DNA of 64,000 bases from positions 11,904,001 through 11,968,000 of the forward strand of contig NC_135262.1 of the NCBI RefSeq assembly GCF_964204865.1, read 5' to 3'. How positions within the stretch are numbered: the first letter of the stretch is position 1; each line of letters opens with the position of its first letter. Below the pieces are notes generated by a model. That model was not told where the DNA came from and did no database searches. It was given only the letters and a program-made list of their open reading frames with translations. This DNA is from Styela clava (Eukaryota). The position numbers were made by a program, and so were the translations under genes. Shown one piece after another: positions 51,301-63,440 of this stretch.

Positions 51301-53036
51301 AATCAACTCGGAAAATCAGATAAATATTACTGGGAATTCCCTGCAATTTGGGCTGTGAAACCGGGATTATCCTGTAATTTTTACAGGGCAAATTGAGTCC
51401 TTTTAAGTGGAAAATACCGTAGAAATTGCTGCGATGGAATTCCATGTAAAGATTCTTAACAGTGTAGACGTAAGGAAAATAAACGTTTTTGAGGCAAAGC
51501 CGCTGTGTCATGCAACTGCCTTGTGTTATCTGTAGAATTATTTTTTAAATAGAATCGAGCCCTTTTTTCTTAAATTGCTTCGAATTGATGTTAATTCGAA
51601 ATTCTGAAACTTATATCCCTATTCACGACTATAGGTCCATTAAATCACCCATATTGTAAAATAATTGGTAAATTGGGGTTCTGCAATATTTTATTGCAAA
51701 GAATTCTGCAAACAAGTCAGAAAGATTTGCTAATTTGCTCATTCAACAGGTAATACTAATGACTAGGGATACCGAAGAAATGTGGTTTGAAAGTATTAGA
51801 AAACAGCTGCTTTCATTTAATGGATTGCATTGTTACTACTACCAACTGCTTTCGCCGACCTGGAGAAGATTTTGGGAATTTGCAAGAGCATGTAAGTAAC
51901 ATAATATTCTTATTACAAAAATATTTTGTAATAATTTTTCATTAAGAATTTTTTTGCATCGAGGTTTGCCAAGATATGCAGATCCATTATAAAGAAGTTC
52001 TATAGTGAACATTCAAAGAATGCGTTGGTACAATAAGGGAAGTTATATAATCAAACTTTTCATCGTTTTCTTGATTTTGCTGTTGATTTATTGTATAATT
52101 AGTAAGAGATATTTCAATAATCAATCATGGAATGTGGACAATAATAAACGGTTCCCGTACATTTGAACCCATGTACAATTGAACCCACGACAATATTGCA
52201 CCAGCATACTATTGCACCTATGAAAATTTTCTTTTGTTTCGCGGATATTTGAACCCCTGCTAACCCTAACCCATGGGTTCAGCACCCGCATATAGATTGA
52301 ACATATTTTTCTTTGCCACAAATTGAATCAACCACAGAAATTGTATTGCATTTGTAATTTGAACATTACAATATTTAATTGTCATTTAGGTAACGTTGCT
52401 TTTGGACTAGAACAATATAATTTTATGTACTTTGGAGAGAAAGACCCCCCGAAACTTCCTTTTATGCTGGCGTATAAAAAGCACAATGCGCATGTAACTC
52501 AGGTACGTTTAATTCACAAACAACTTGTAGGAAACATAACAGGAATTTGATTTGAAAATGTTCTTTGGTTATTGACTACAAATTTACTCTAATTAGATTA
52601 GTATATATTAGTTTTGTTCGTATATGTGTATATTTTTAGTTGGTGCAGCACCACCTATTTAATTCATTGGATTAAATCTCAACGTTAGTATCTTCAAACA
52701 ACATAAAAGTTATTTCGTACAATTGGAAAAATCAAACAAACAAAATAAATGATCTAATTCTAGCATAAACAATGAACCTTTTTTATAATTCAGAGCTGCC
52801 CGAAAGATCGTCTTTTAATTTACAACTGCAAGAGTGGATGGAAACCTTTGTGTAAATTTCTTGGAAAGGACGTACCAAGAAAAGATTTCCCTTGGATAAA
52901 CAAAAAAAGTGAATTAGCTAACATGATTTGGGAAATGCCAATGTTCAAGAAAGCCAAAATTGAAATGTTAACAAATGCTACCTTGTTGTTTGCTAGTGTT
53001 ATATGTGCTGGATATTACTTTGTAAAATATAGTTGA
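48347..53036 (+). CDS. Sulfotransferase of the Sulfotransfer_4 (PF17784) type, P-loop fold, 249 aa, with a C-terminal hydrophobic anchor
   Basis: Exons 48347-48598, 51750-51891, 52390-52502, 52794-53036, all phase-compatible and open. Motifs: MKVICAGMSKCGTKTMHSALEELG (5'-PSB loop), DAVVDSPA..WEELMEAFPEAKVILMTRD.EE.WFES (3'-PB), HNAHV..CPKDRLL..GWKPLCKFLGKDVP..FPWIN, then hydrophobic LLFASVICAGYYFV. Confidence 0.9.
48943..51621. mobile_element. ~2.7-kb non-autonomous hAT element, probably with nested insertions, in sulfotransferase intron 1
   Basis: TIR TAGGGATGTAAGTTTCA / TGAAACTTATATCCCTA. Right TSD TTCACGAC (51622-51629); left TTCACGA(GCGA)C with a 4-bp insertion. The paralogous intron (~59581-59588) has a single 8-mer and lacks the whole segment. 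Confidence 0.8.
52149..52290. repeat. MITE-like fragment with short tandem TTGAACCC/TTGCACC units and CTAACCCTAAC
   Basis: Four ~14-15-bp units at 52157-52218 plus telomere-like CTAACCCTAACCC at ~52260. Absent from the paralogous intron of the pseudogene. Boundaries approximate. Confidence 0.5.
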
Positions 53037-54164
53037 AATTGAATAAGTTGCATGTGCTATCAATATAACATGAAATTTTGATCTATACTTTTTGTCATTG
53101 AAACACGCTTTCCTATTTATTGAAACATCTTGTTTCAACATAACCCATGAAATACATAGTATTCATCAAATAATAAAACATATAAAGTATTTCTGAAAAA
53201 TTGATTTTTTTTTGTGCCGGTATGGCAAACTGTTATTTGCTATTGAAAAAACTCCAGCAGCGATATGGAAACACGTAACAGTATGTTAAACATTATATAT
53301 CTGAGGTTAGTTAAGGTCAGGTTAAATGATTTTTGCATTTCTATGTATTGCATTAAATGATGCCATATTATGCAGACTTCTAAATATAACACCCTTCATT
53401 ATCATGTATGATATATACTGTATATTATAAATGTATAAATGCTATACATTTAAAATATATTCATCACATATGAGAATGAAACTGTCGATATACATATATA
53501 TTTAGTTTAACAAGATTTATATTATTCTAGAAATAAATTATTTACGAGTATAATGCATCAATATATACATTGACTTATTGGACTGTTTTACTTCTAACTC
53601 TTATATTTACCATATTAATGCATTGAATTTGTACCCTGAAATAATATTTCCCCCTTTATTATCCGTAATTCTTTGCCTTATTAAATATAGATTATCCAAC
53701 ACCCATATGATTAAAAAACTGATTTTGCGATTTTTTATCATAAAATTCGGGATGTTTTGATTGGAACCACGCGAAGATGAGTTTTATGAATCTTAAATTT
53801 TGCTGATTGCGTTCAGATGCATACCAAATCAAAAATCATAAAGAAAAAGAGACCAAAAAAGAAATTATCATCAGAAATGATTCCACTTTGCATTGGAAAA
53901 CTATCAGACGCAATCAATTAAAATCTCCCGATTTCTGGCAATAATTACTTAAGAATGGGTGTCTCAAAAATATGTCCTGTCGCACTTGTTTGGTTAGTTA
54001 GAGAGAAGTCCATCAACACCTATGTAATTTTCTTGTTTTGAGTTTGAGAAAAAAGTACTCGGGATTGAGAATCTCATTTTCTCGCTTCTAAAGATTAAAT
54101 TCATTACTTCTGATACCGATTTTGTGTCTTCAAAGAGCAATATAGAACACCCATGTCTAAGACG

Positions 54165-55032
54165 TTTGTCTTTTGGTAAAGTACAAATAAAACAAGAGAG
54201 CAATGCTCAAATATATCAACGCAAAGGCCAAATTGAAGTAGTACGGGTAGGGGATCTTTTACATTATGGGGACGTTGCCGTAGTCTTCAGGACTTGACTG
54301 ACCACAAGATCCAAATAAGCGCAAATGCGGAACAAGGTGTGCTAATTTTAATTTTGACGAAGTCATCGCACACATAAAACAAATCCCAAAGAGCACAAAA
54401 TAGCCTTCTAGCGACAACAACAATATTTAACCACTGAAAATTTTAAAGCATTCGGTCCAGTTGTTCAATGGACATGCTATTTTTTTACAACAATACCAAC
54501 ATAAATACGAAGAAAAAATATATCAAGATTACTAACAACAACGACATAATAACAAAACGATCCATGACTACATTTCGTGTCCAGTAAATAATGCAAATGA
54601 AAAATTCAATAATTTAACCTCTGCCCAGTTAAATTTAATTCACTCGGTAAAATTTGTTTTTAAGACTAATTTAATTTTGCTTCAACAATAGTCTGCACTG
54701 TCATATCAGTAACTCAATTATCTAAATATAACTGATGGATGTAGTAGAAAAGAGTTGCAAAATCAGTAACAGTTTGCGTGGAAAAATATTGTTCAAAGTA
54801 AAGAAATAATAGAAATATTAAATAAAATGTCAGAAAAGGACAAATGTAAAACGAAATGAAAAAGATATAAATTTGTTACAAGCCTTCGGGTATTCTGAAT
54901 CGTGATGATTCCATCACATCTAGTTCAAATTTTAAATTTTACTAATTCCATTAACTTTGAGACAGCATAAGATAGGAGTACTATTTAAATTGGATGGACA
55001 TTGTGTTCGACTTAGGATGGATATAAATTCCA
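54165..55032 (-). repeat. Diverged inverted copy of the region upstream of the sulfotransferase (~47218-48080)
   Basis: For example 54231-54310 is the reverse complement of ~47955-48025, and 54960-55032 of ~47218-47295. A shorter inverted copy of ~47315-47522 lies at ~57910-58115. Confidence 0.8.
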
Positions 55033-56323
55033 CTTTTTATTCAATTCCCCGGGTTTCAATCCCTTACATTTGATTGTAAATCAATAATTCCATTTGTTGT
55101 CAATTTTATCTTACCTTCTAGGTTCGGGCTACTCATTGACGATAAATATTTTCTAATTTACGAAAGTTGTCAGGCGCGCCTGTTTCTGCCAAACGTATTT
55201 CACAAATTCTTTAAATAAGGACTTTATGATATCTTTAAATATAATCATAGAATATCGTAATACAAGTATTATTGCAAAAAAAATGTTTAAAGGTAAAATG
55301 TTATTTGCCTGGAAAAATCAAATTGTCCGTCTAGAATTGAATTTTAGAGAAAGCAAGTGGAATATAATAGCATATCTACTTTAAGTTACCTGTGTTGTTA
55401 TCTGCTTGAAAAAAATGATCTCGTCTACTATAAAGATTCAGATTCTATAAATGTCCTAAATATGTCATAACTTAATAAAGATATCAAATTATAACTATTG
55501 ATCACACTTGTTGGGCTGCCTTCAATTTCATTTAATTTTTTGTCGTTATTCACCAACCATAAATTTGATATACATATTCGCATGATCATTTTGAAATTCC
55601 TCATCGAGTTTCAATATCATTCTCAGACTTCACCAATACAATTTTAAAACGATCATTTAAACTTGCATGAACTACATAGACCAGCTTGTAAGAAAGTGTC
55701 GGTAGAGCAACGTGGGTATTATCAGAAAAGGGTTGGAGATTATTTCCAAATGCAAGCATGTCTACGAAGAAAGCTTCAGTGAGAACCAATATAAAGAGCA
55801 TTATTTAAGTATGAAAATCAAAGTACGCATGAATCAAATCTTTAAAAATTACGACATCCAGTATTTCTGAACTGTGGTTTGTCAAAATTTGACTCAAACC
55901 TGAAATGAACTAAAACTTTATGTGCAATTTACTCTGCAGTTCTTCATTTTTTTTGTATGACACAACACTGTCTAAGTTCATGGGTTACTAAACACTATTA
56001 TTTTCTTGTTGAACCTAACATCACGATCAGTCATGAAATTCATCTTTTCTTTCTATTGAAACGCAGAACTTTGCTCGAGTAATCATTTATTAAACCACAA
56101 AATTCAGCAATGCAATTGAATAAAACTCGAAAAGTAATAAATAGCATTGGGGTATACTACAACTTTGTATTGCTTGGCAAAACACGTTCGGGATTGCGTC
56201 ATTTTTGCACAAATCGCAACTTGTGCTGGACTTGTGCTTGGTGATAATACAATCATGGCTTATATTCTTCTGATATGTCTTTAGGTGCAAAAGATAACTT
56301 ACATGCATTTGGTTATTTTTACG

Positions 56324-56692
56324 CGGTGTTTCGAAAATGTAATGTTCCACTTTTCCCACTTTTCCTATTCCTTTCCTTTTCCTATTTCCCACGCTTTATT
56401 CATAGATAGCTAATTTTTGGTAACAACTTGTAGTTGAAAAAAGTTTAAAATTGTAATCAACTTTCATGGTACCAGAAAACGTGACGTTATATACTAAATT
56501 TCTACTTGCAATTGTAGTAAGCGTGCGTGATTCGATTGCCAGCACTCTCGTTACACAAATCACCCACATTGGACATGTTGGACACGCGGGACAAGTGCGA
56601 CACGTACGTGGAACACGTGGGACAAGTAAGACACGTAAGTGCGGCACGTGGGGCAAGCCAAACAAGTGCGACAGGACATTTTTGAGACACCC
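56324..56692. mobile_element. MITE-like element with a ~9-bp subterminal minisatellite
   Basis: Ends CGGTGTTTCGAAAATGT / ACATTTTTGAGACACCC. About 11 degenerate GGACACGTG units at ~56566-56672. No matching TSD. A 37-bp stub of the same end lies at ~53957-53993. Confidence 0.55.
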
Positions 56693-57569
56693 ATTCTTAA
56701 GTTATTATTGCCAGGAATTGGGAGATTTTAATTGATTGCGTCTAATAGTTTTCCAGTGCAAAGTGGAATCATTTCTGAAGATAATTCCTTTTTTGTTCTC
56801 TTTTTCTTTATGATTTTTGAATTGGTATGCATCTGAACGCAATCAGCAAAATTTAAGATTCATAAAACTCATCTGCGCGTGGTTCCAATTAAAACATTTC
56901 GAATTTTATGATAAAAAATCGCAAAATCAGTTTTTTTAATCATATGTTTGTTGGATAATCTATATTTAATAAGGCAAAGAATTACGGATAACAAAGTGGG
57001 AAATATGATTTCAGGGTACAAATTCAATGCATTAACATGATAAATATAAGAGTTAAAAGTAAATAGTCTAATAAGCCAATATATATATAGATGCATTATA
57101 AATAATTTATTTCTAGAATAATATGAATCTTGTTATACTAATCATATATGTATATCGACAGTTTCATTCTCATATAAGATGAATATATTTTAAATGTATA
57201 GGCGTTATACATTTATAATATACAGTATATATCATACATGAGAATGAAGGGTGTTATATTTGGAATTCTGCATAATATGGCATTATTTAATGCAATACAT
57301 AATAATGCATGAATCATTTAACCTGACTCTAACTGACCTCAGGTATATAATGTTTAACATGCTCACGTGTTTCCATATTACTACTTGAGTTTTTTTCAAT
57401 AGCAAATAGCAGTTTGCCATACCGACACAAAAAATCAATTTTTTCAGAAATACTTTATAGTTTTTATAATTTGATGAATAATATGTATTTTATGGGTTAT
57501 GTTGAAACAAAATGTATCAACAAATAGGTGTTTCAATGGCAAAAAGTATAGATCAAAATTTCATATTAT

Positions 57570-57812
57570 AGCACATGCAACTTATTCAGTTTCAACCATA
57601 TTTTACAAGGTAATAAATAACCAGCGAACAACAAAGTAGCATTTGTTATCTTTTCATTTTTAGCTTTCTTGAACACTGGCCTTTCCCAAATCATGTTTGC
57701 TATTTCACTGTTTTTGTTTATCCCCAGAAAGTGTTTTCTTGGTAAGTCCATTCCAAGAAATTTACACAGAGGTTCCCATCAACTTTTGCAGTTGTAAATT
57801 AGAAGACGATCT
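57570..57812 (-). pseudogene. Inverted relic of the sulfotransferase last exon
   Basis: Reads DRLLIYNCKS*WEPLCKFLGMDLPRKHFLGINKNSEIANMIWE. It has an 11-nt deletion after the acceptor and a GGA>TGA stop, and no upstream exons are attached. Confidence 0.85.
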
Positions 57813-59007
57813 CTGAATTATATAAAAGGTTCATCTTAAGCTAGTCTATTTTATTTTATTTTTTTCTGAATAAAGTATAGAATATTGATATAAGTATGTA
57901 GATATATAAACCTGATGGATTTGGTAAAACAGAGTTGCAAAATCAGTAGCAGTGTTTGAAAAATAATATTTGAAATAAATAAATAAAAGAGGTAATAAAT
58001 AAAATGTGAAAACGAACATATGGAAAACGGACAAATGAAAATATAAATTTATTTGCCTTCAGATATTCAGATTTGAAAGAATTTGATCACATCATGTTCG
58101 AATTTTAAATTTTACACAAAGTTTCAGAATTTTTGCTCAATGGATTCATAAAGAAAATAAAGCTTAAGCTATTTGTGCGACACCAAAATCTGGCCCAAAT
58201 ATTTCCGTCGCCCAAATACAGCGAAAATAACCCCGTGTTGTCGACCAAATCGATAAAATAGGAATACATATATATAAATTGCATATTTGCTATTTTACAA
58301 CCGACCGTTATGAATATATATCCAATGAGTGCATTGGCTTTAACATAATTTTGGTAATTCAGAATACTGAGTCACCACGTGCTAATTTTGTAATTTTTCT
58401 TTTTCGTGTTTTTGTTCTTGTCGTTATGAAAAAAACGGGCGTCTATTCAACTAGTGGAACAATTACTTCAAAATTTTCAGTGGGTAAAAATTGTTGTCGT
58501 CGCTTGAATTCTATTGTTTTTATTTAGTTCAACAAACTACGAAGGCTCTACGGGATTATTTTTTGTGCGTGTTGACGTTGTCAAAATTAAAAACTGCGCT
58601 CCTGGTGGCCGTTCGCGATCTGGTAGCCAGTCCAAGTTGGGAAGACTACGGTACTTGCAGTCCCATACCGTACTGTTTCATTTTGGACTGCGTGTCTATA
58701 TTTTGAGCATTGATCTCTTGTCTTATTTGCACTCTAAGAAAAGATGAACGTTGCTGATGCCGTACAAATAAGCGATAATTTAAATGCCTTTGTGGCGGGT
58801 TGAAGCGCGCGTGCTTCGTTTCGGAATTCGTATGATAAAGTCGGGGGTTAGTTAATGATTAATGCAATTTCTGCCGGCGTTCAAATATGCAGTACATGTT
58901 CGAACACGGTCGTAAATATAATAGGTCAAATAGTTGTAACTTGACTAGCTACTATTTTCTTTGTCGAGATTGCAGTGGACTGTGATAACTGAGCAAGACG
59001 ACATAAA

Positions 59008-60840
59008 ATGAAGGTGATATGTGCTGGAATGTCAAAATGTGGAACGAAAAGTATGCATTCTGCTTTAGAAGAACTCGGATTCGAAGTGCATGACTTCCCA
59101 GAAGCATATGACAATTTTGAATAGAAATATCTGAAATTTATTTCCAGAGGATGGACCTCTAGGGAGTTCCAAGTAATGTACAATGATGTCGATGCTGTGG
59201 TGGACGCTCCAACTTATTACTATACTGGGAAGAATTGATGGAGGCTTTTCCGGAAGCAAAGGTTGGATATATATATACATTACTTTTGGTCTTTCAGCAT
59301 TCCTTATACTTGTATGAACTTGTACTCGATGAAGTTAGTTAAAATTAAATGACGTTACGTTTTAACTGTTTGCAAAATTAGAAGGCAGGTGAAATTATAT
59401 ATAAATAGACCTTCTTTCTTAATATCTTATGATTTCTAACTACAACAAACAAGTTAAAAGCACAACATCAATGAAATCTAACTAAAAATTTATAATCTCT
59501 CATATGCGACACGTTGCAAACGTTGACAGTTTGGTCCAGCATATGTCAATCTTTGAAAAGGCAAGGCAAAAATGCTCTTGTCTGTGACTATAGTTCCTTT
59601 AAATCACCCATATTGAAACAAGAAGATTAAACTGGGTTCCACAACACTTTCTTGTAAAGATTTCTTCAAACAAGACAGAAAGATTTGTTAATTTGCTTAT
59701 TTAACAGGTAATACTAATGACTAGGGACGACGAAGAAATTTGGTTTGAAAGTATTAAAAAACAGCTGCTTTCAGTTAATGGATTGCATAGTTACTACTAT
59801 CAACTTTTTTCGCCAACCTGGAGAAAATTTTGGAAATTTGCACTAAATTGTTGTAAGTAACATTAAATTCTTTTAAAAAACATTTTTCTCAATTTTTCAT
59901 CAAGAAAATTTTTTCTATCGAGGTTTGCCAAGATAAGCAGCTCTATTTTAAAGAAGTTTTTAGATAATCAGATTTTTCCAATTTTCAGTTATCAAATATA
60001 AAATTGGAAAAATAATAATCATTTTCTATAATGCAACATATTTACATAAAAAAGAGATACTACATTTTTAGTTTGCTTAACTAGCTCAAAACATTCCTCA
60101 TTGCAATAAATTGAATCAACCACGAAAGTTGTATTGCATTTGCGACTTGAACATACAATATTCATTTTAATATTTAGGTCACGTTGCTTTTGGACAAGAA
60201 CAATATAGTTGTATGTACTTTGGAGAGGAAGACCCCCCGAAACTCCCTTTCGTGCTGGCGTATAAAAAGCACATTGCTCATGTAATTCAGGTACGTTGAA
60301 TTCACAAACGGCTTATGGGGAAAATAGCAAGATTTGGATGTTGCAAAATGTTTTAGTGTTATAGACTATTAATTTACTTTAATTAGATTAGTATCTATCA
60401 GATTTGCCTAAATCGCCTTGTAAACTTCTTGGTTGTTGCAGCACGCAAACAACTATTAATTAAATGCATTGGATAAAATATCAACTTGAGGTTTCAAATA
60501 TAAAACAACAAAAAAATATATTCCATGCGGTATTTAGAAAAAAACATACGAACAAACTAAAATGACCTAACTTAAAAAAAATGAACCATTTTTCATAATT
60601 CAGAGATGCCCAAAAGATCGTCTTCTAATTTACAACTGCAAAAGTGGATGGAAACCTCTGTGTAAATTTCTTGGAAAGGACGTACCAAGAAAGGATTTTC
60701 CCTGGATAAACAAAAACTGTGAATTGGCAAACATGCTTTGGGAAATGCCAATGTTCAAGAAAGCTAAAAATGAAATGTTAACAAATGCTACTCTGTTGTT
60801 TGCTGGTATTATATTCGCTGGATATTACTTTGTAAAATAA
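59008..60840 (+). pseudogene. Full-length sulfotransferase paralogue, disrupted
   Basis: Exons 59008-59261, 59708-59852, 60178-60290, 60604-60840 are collinear with 48347-53036. In-frame TAG at 59122-59124 (TCG in the intact copy) and a 2-bp insertion at ~59221. Exons 2-4 are still open with intact splice sites. Confidence 0.85.
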
Positions 60841-60873
60841 GGTTGGAATTAAATAAGCTGCATGTGCTATTAA

Positions 60874-61113
60874 TACAAGAGAGCTACGCCAAGATATATG
60901 GACACGTCTGTTCGCAGTACAGTATGGTTTACCGTACCGTCAGATCACAGTGTACAAATATATTCACACCAAGCGATGCAGTACAGTCGGACACAAAAAG
61001 GCGTCCGATGCCCGCAGAACGTTCGATGAAAAGCTACTTCCGCTAGGTGTCCAAAAAGGTCAAAGAACAACAACATATTAAAACGATCCATATGTACACT
61101 ACGTGTCCAATAA
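60874..61113 (-). mobile_element. Helentron-associated (HINE/DINE-1-like) short element in the pseudogene 3' flank
   Basis: Minus strand starts TTATTGGACACGT and ends ACGTGTCCATATATCTTGGCGTAGCTCTCTTGT: subterminal inverted repeats plus a degenerate 3' hairpin, no TSD. Absent at the paralogous position ~53060-53070. A second internal 5'-like end lies at ~61056. Confidence 0.55.
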
Positions 61114-61359
61114 CTTGAAGGTGATTGTAATGTATACTTTCCATTGTTAAAACACGCTTTCCTATATTTCTTGAAACATATGACACATAAATAAAACATA
61201 TTGTTACATCATTTTTTAATATATTTCATGCAACACATATTATTCACCAAATAAAAAAAACATATAAAGTATATATGAAAATGATAAATTTTTCGTACCG
61301 GTATTCGCTTATGTGGAAACTCCAGTAGCGCGATAGAAACGTGTGATCGGGCATGCTAA

Positions 61360-63024
61360 CCCTTTAATGCATGATGTCACGGATTTTGATGAAAAAATTC
61401 ATAGTGGTAGCATGGTTTGTGAAATTCAAGAAAACAACCTTATTTTTTTCGTTTTCGCTAACTACTCCCATGGGGGGGGAGTAAATTTCTCATGTGCCAT
61501 ATTCGACCTTCTATGCATTAACGGAAAAATGACACAATATATTTTATTGTAGAAAAACCTTGTATTATGCAGCAATATCAGGCAAAACGAATATTAAGCA
61601 TGAAAATAAACCATCATGGCTTGTAGTAACCACTTTAGTATATTTTGTCTAGCCTAAGATGTCCAAAAGGAAATGAAATCATTGCAAAACGATATTTTCA
61701 GCCATATGTTGATGGAAAAATAATCTAAAATTGACAAATCAGAACAAGTTCAATATTACAAGTTCAAGGAAATTAAAAATTATGATCATGAAGTCAATGC
61801 TATTGATGAAATTTCCAAAAAAAAAACAGTTTTGAGATTGTCTCGAGCAAAGATATACATCAAATTTTGCATAGTTCATGTTACTTTTCATCTGACATCC
61901 CTTCTTTCTGGAACACATTCTATTAGTAGACACAAGACGCCAATGCTATTCTTTACCGAAACGAGCATTCATTGGTGGAGGAACAATACTCCAGCTCTCT
62001 TTGGTGTTGGTTGATGACCGCTATAAATACTTATTCAACCACGGCGAAGTCCCAATTTGGTCGCCATGCAGAGACATAGGGATTTCAGTGCAGAAATCTC
62101 CCATTGAAAGCGCATTACAAGAGTGTACTATTTTGAAACGGAGCCATGAATTAGCAATAATTATTAGGAACAGAGATCTAAATCTAAAAACAGTGTCATT
62201 TTACGTCTAACTCATGCAGTAATTTCAGTATTCAAGTCTATTTTACTTTGCAATCAAACTATCCTGCCATTGGCCCATTACTGACTTTACAACCCAAAAA
62301 GCTTAATAATGTTAAAAAAAAACTAACAACAAGCAACTACTGAAGCTAGGATTAACTTTGCAGGTTCAAATTAACAAATAGTCTACTGGCTTAAAGGTAA
62401 AATGGGGTTTAATTTTACCAATCAAATTTCTGAAACCAATTACCAATGGCTACAGGCCGACCCAGATTTTTTTGATGGCTGAATTTAATAATAACTGAGT
62501 AATTAAATACTAAAATCCAAATACATACTTATATAAACAGTATTCTCAACTGAAAATACTTAATTACTGAAAATATGAAAACCTACAGGCCAGTATATCA
62601 AAAAATCACAGTCTGAGCAAACTGAAAATTTTGTACCCCTTGATGCATGATGTGCCAAATTTGTCACATGCCTTACCACCCAAATTTTTCGAAATGCTGA
62701 AGAAATAGGTAAAAGCTGCTAAGGTAGGCCTCTTCATTGCTAAATTACCCACTACTACGAATTTTTGCACCTCCCCCATCCCAACTGACACAAGATCACA
62801 ATCAAACAGGGATAGCCTATCAGCACAGCAACCCAGCGCGAAGGCTGCAACCTTCTCATGAAATTCGGAAAATTTCCTCCGTTTATCACGCAATAGAGAA
62901 AATGCGTCGTGGACGCATAGTAACCAAGTTACTAAACAGCGTAACCAAGTGGAGCAATATAAAAAACAACACGTGACCAAAATAGAAGGTGTTTTCCCTG
63001 ATTGACCCGCCATGCATTAAAGGG
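61360..63024 (-). mobile_element. Internally deleted piggyBac element, 1665 bp, with a transposase C-terminal relic
   Basis: Perfect 14-bp TIR CCCTTTAATGCATG / CATGCATTAAAGGG. TSD CTAA at 61356-61359 and 63025-63028. Minus strand ~62170-61810 reads IANSWLRF..DFCTEI..SL..PPPMNARFGKE*HW..RMCSRKKGCQMKS..VYLC..QNCFF, the piggyBac Cys-rich C-terminal domain pattern. Confidence 0.85.
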
Positions 63025-63379
63025 CTAAACATCATGTCATATAGCTAAGGTTAGTTGGAGTCCGGATAAATGATTTGCGTAGTTTCAAATATTGCAATAA
63101 ATAATACCATATTATAAATGCAGAATATTCGATATAACACCCTTAATCTTGAATTATGCTTGTTTCGTTTAGATGCATACTAACTCAAAAATCTTAGAAA
63201 ATAAGAAACTAAAAATAAATTATTGAAAATGATTCCATTGTAAAACTATCAAACGCATTAAAATGAAATCTGTCAATTCATGACAATATTCACTTAAGAA
63301 CGAATCAACAGATCTGAATCTTGTATCTGAAGACATCACAGTCGAAAACCATTAGTTATTAGTTTGATATAATATATAT

Positions 63380-63440
63380 CAGGGGTGGCCAACAAGTCCA
63401 ATCGCCACGTCTCGAGCGGTCGATTGCGTCTGATGTTGAG
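63380..63440 (+). mobile_element. Possible left end of a hAT MITE
   Basis: Begins CAGGGGTGGCCAAC, a typical hAT terminus. No matching right end identified in the window. Confidence 0.35.

Larger units (their letters stand above)
52771..57834. repeat. Inverted segmental duplication with ~1.2-kb arms (52771-53995 and 56656-57834) and a ~2.7-kb spacer
   Basis: The reverse complement of 56656-57834 aligns continuously with the sulfotransferase last exon and 3' flank, e.g. TTAAGAATGGGTGTCTCAAAAA..TGTCCTGTCGCACTTGTTTGG at both inner ends. Confidence 0.9.

Noticed and set aside
56396-56735. His/Gly- and Cys/Pro-rich ORFs, and a superficially CRISPR-like repeat array
   Set aside because: Translations of a degenerate 9-bp minisatellite in a MITE; no spacers, no cas genes, eukaryotic context.
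59122-59124. In-frame TAG as a possible recoding or readthrough site
   Set aside because: A separate 2-bp frameshift ~100 nt downstream in the same exon indicates ordinary pseudogenisation.
62606-63013. 135-aa minus-strand ORF at the piggyBac end
   Set aside because: No recognisable transposase motif; lies in the terminal region of a decayed element.
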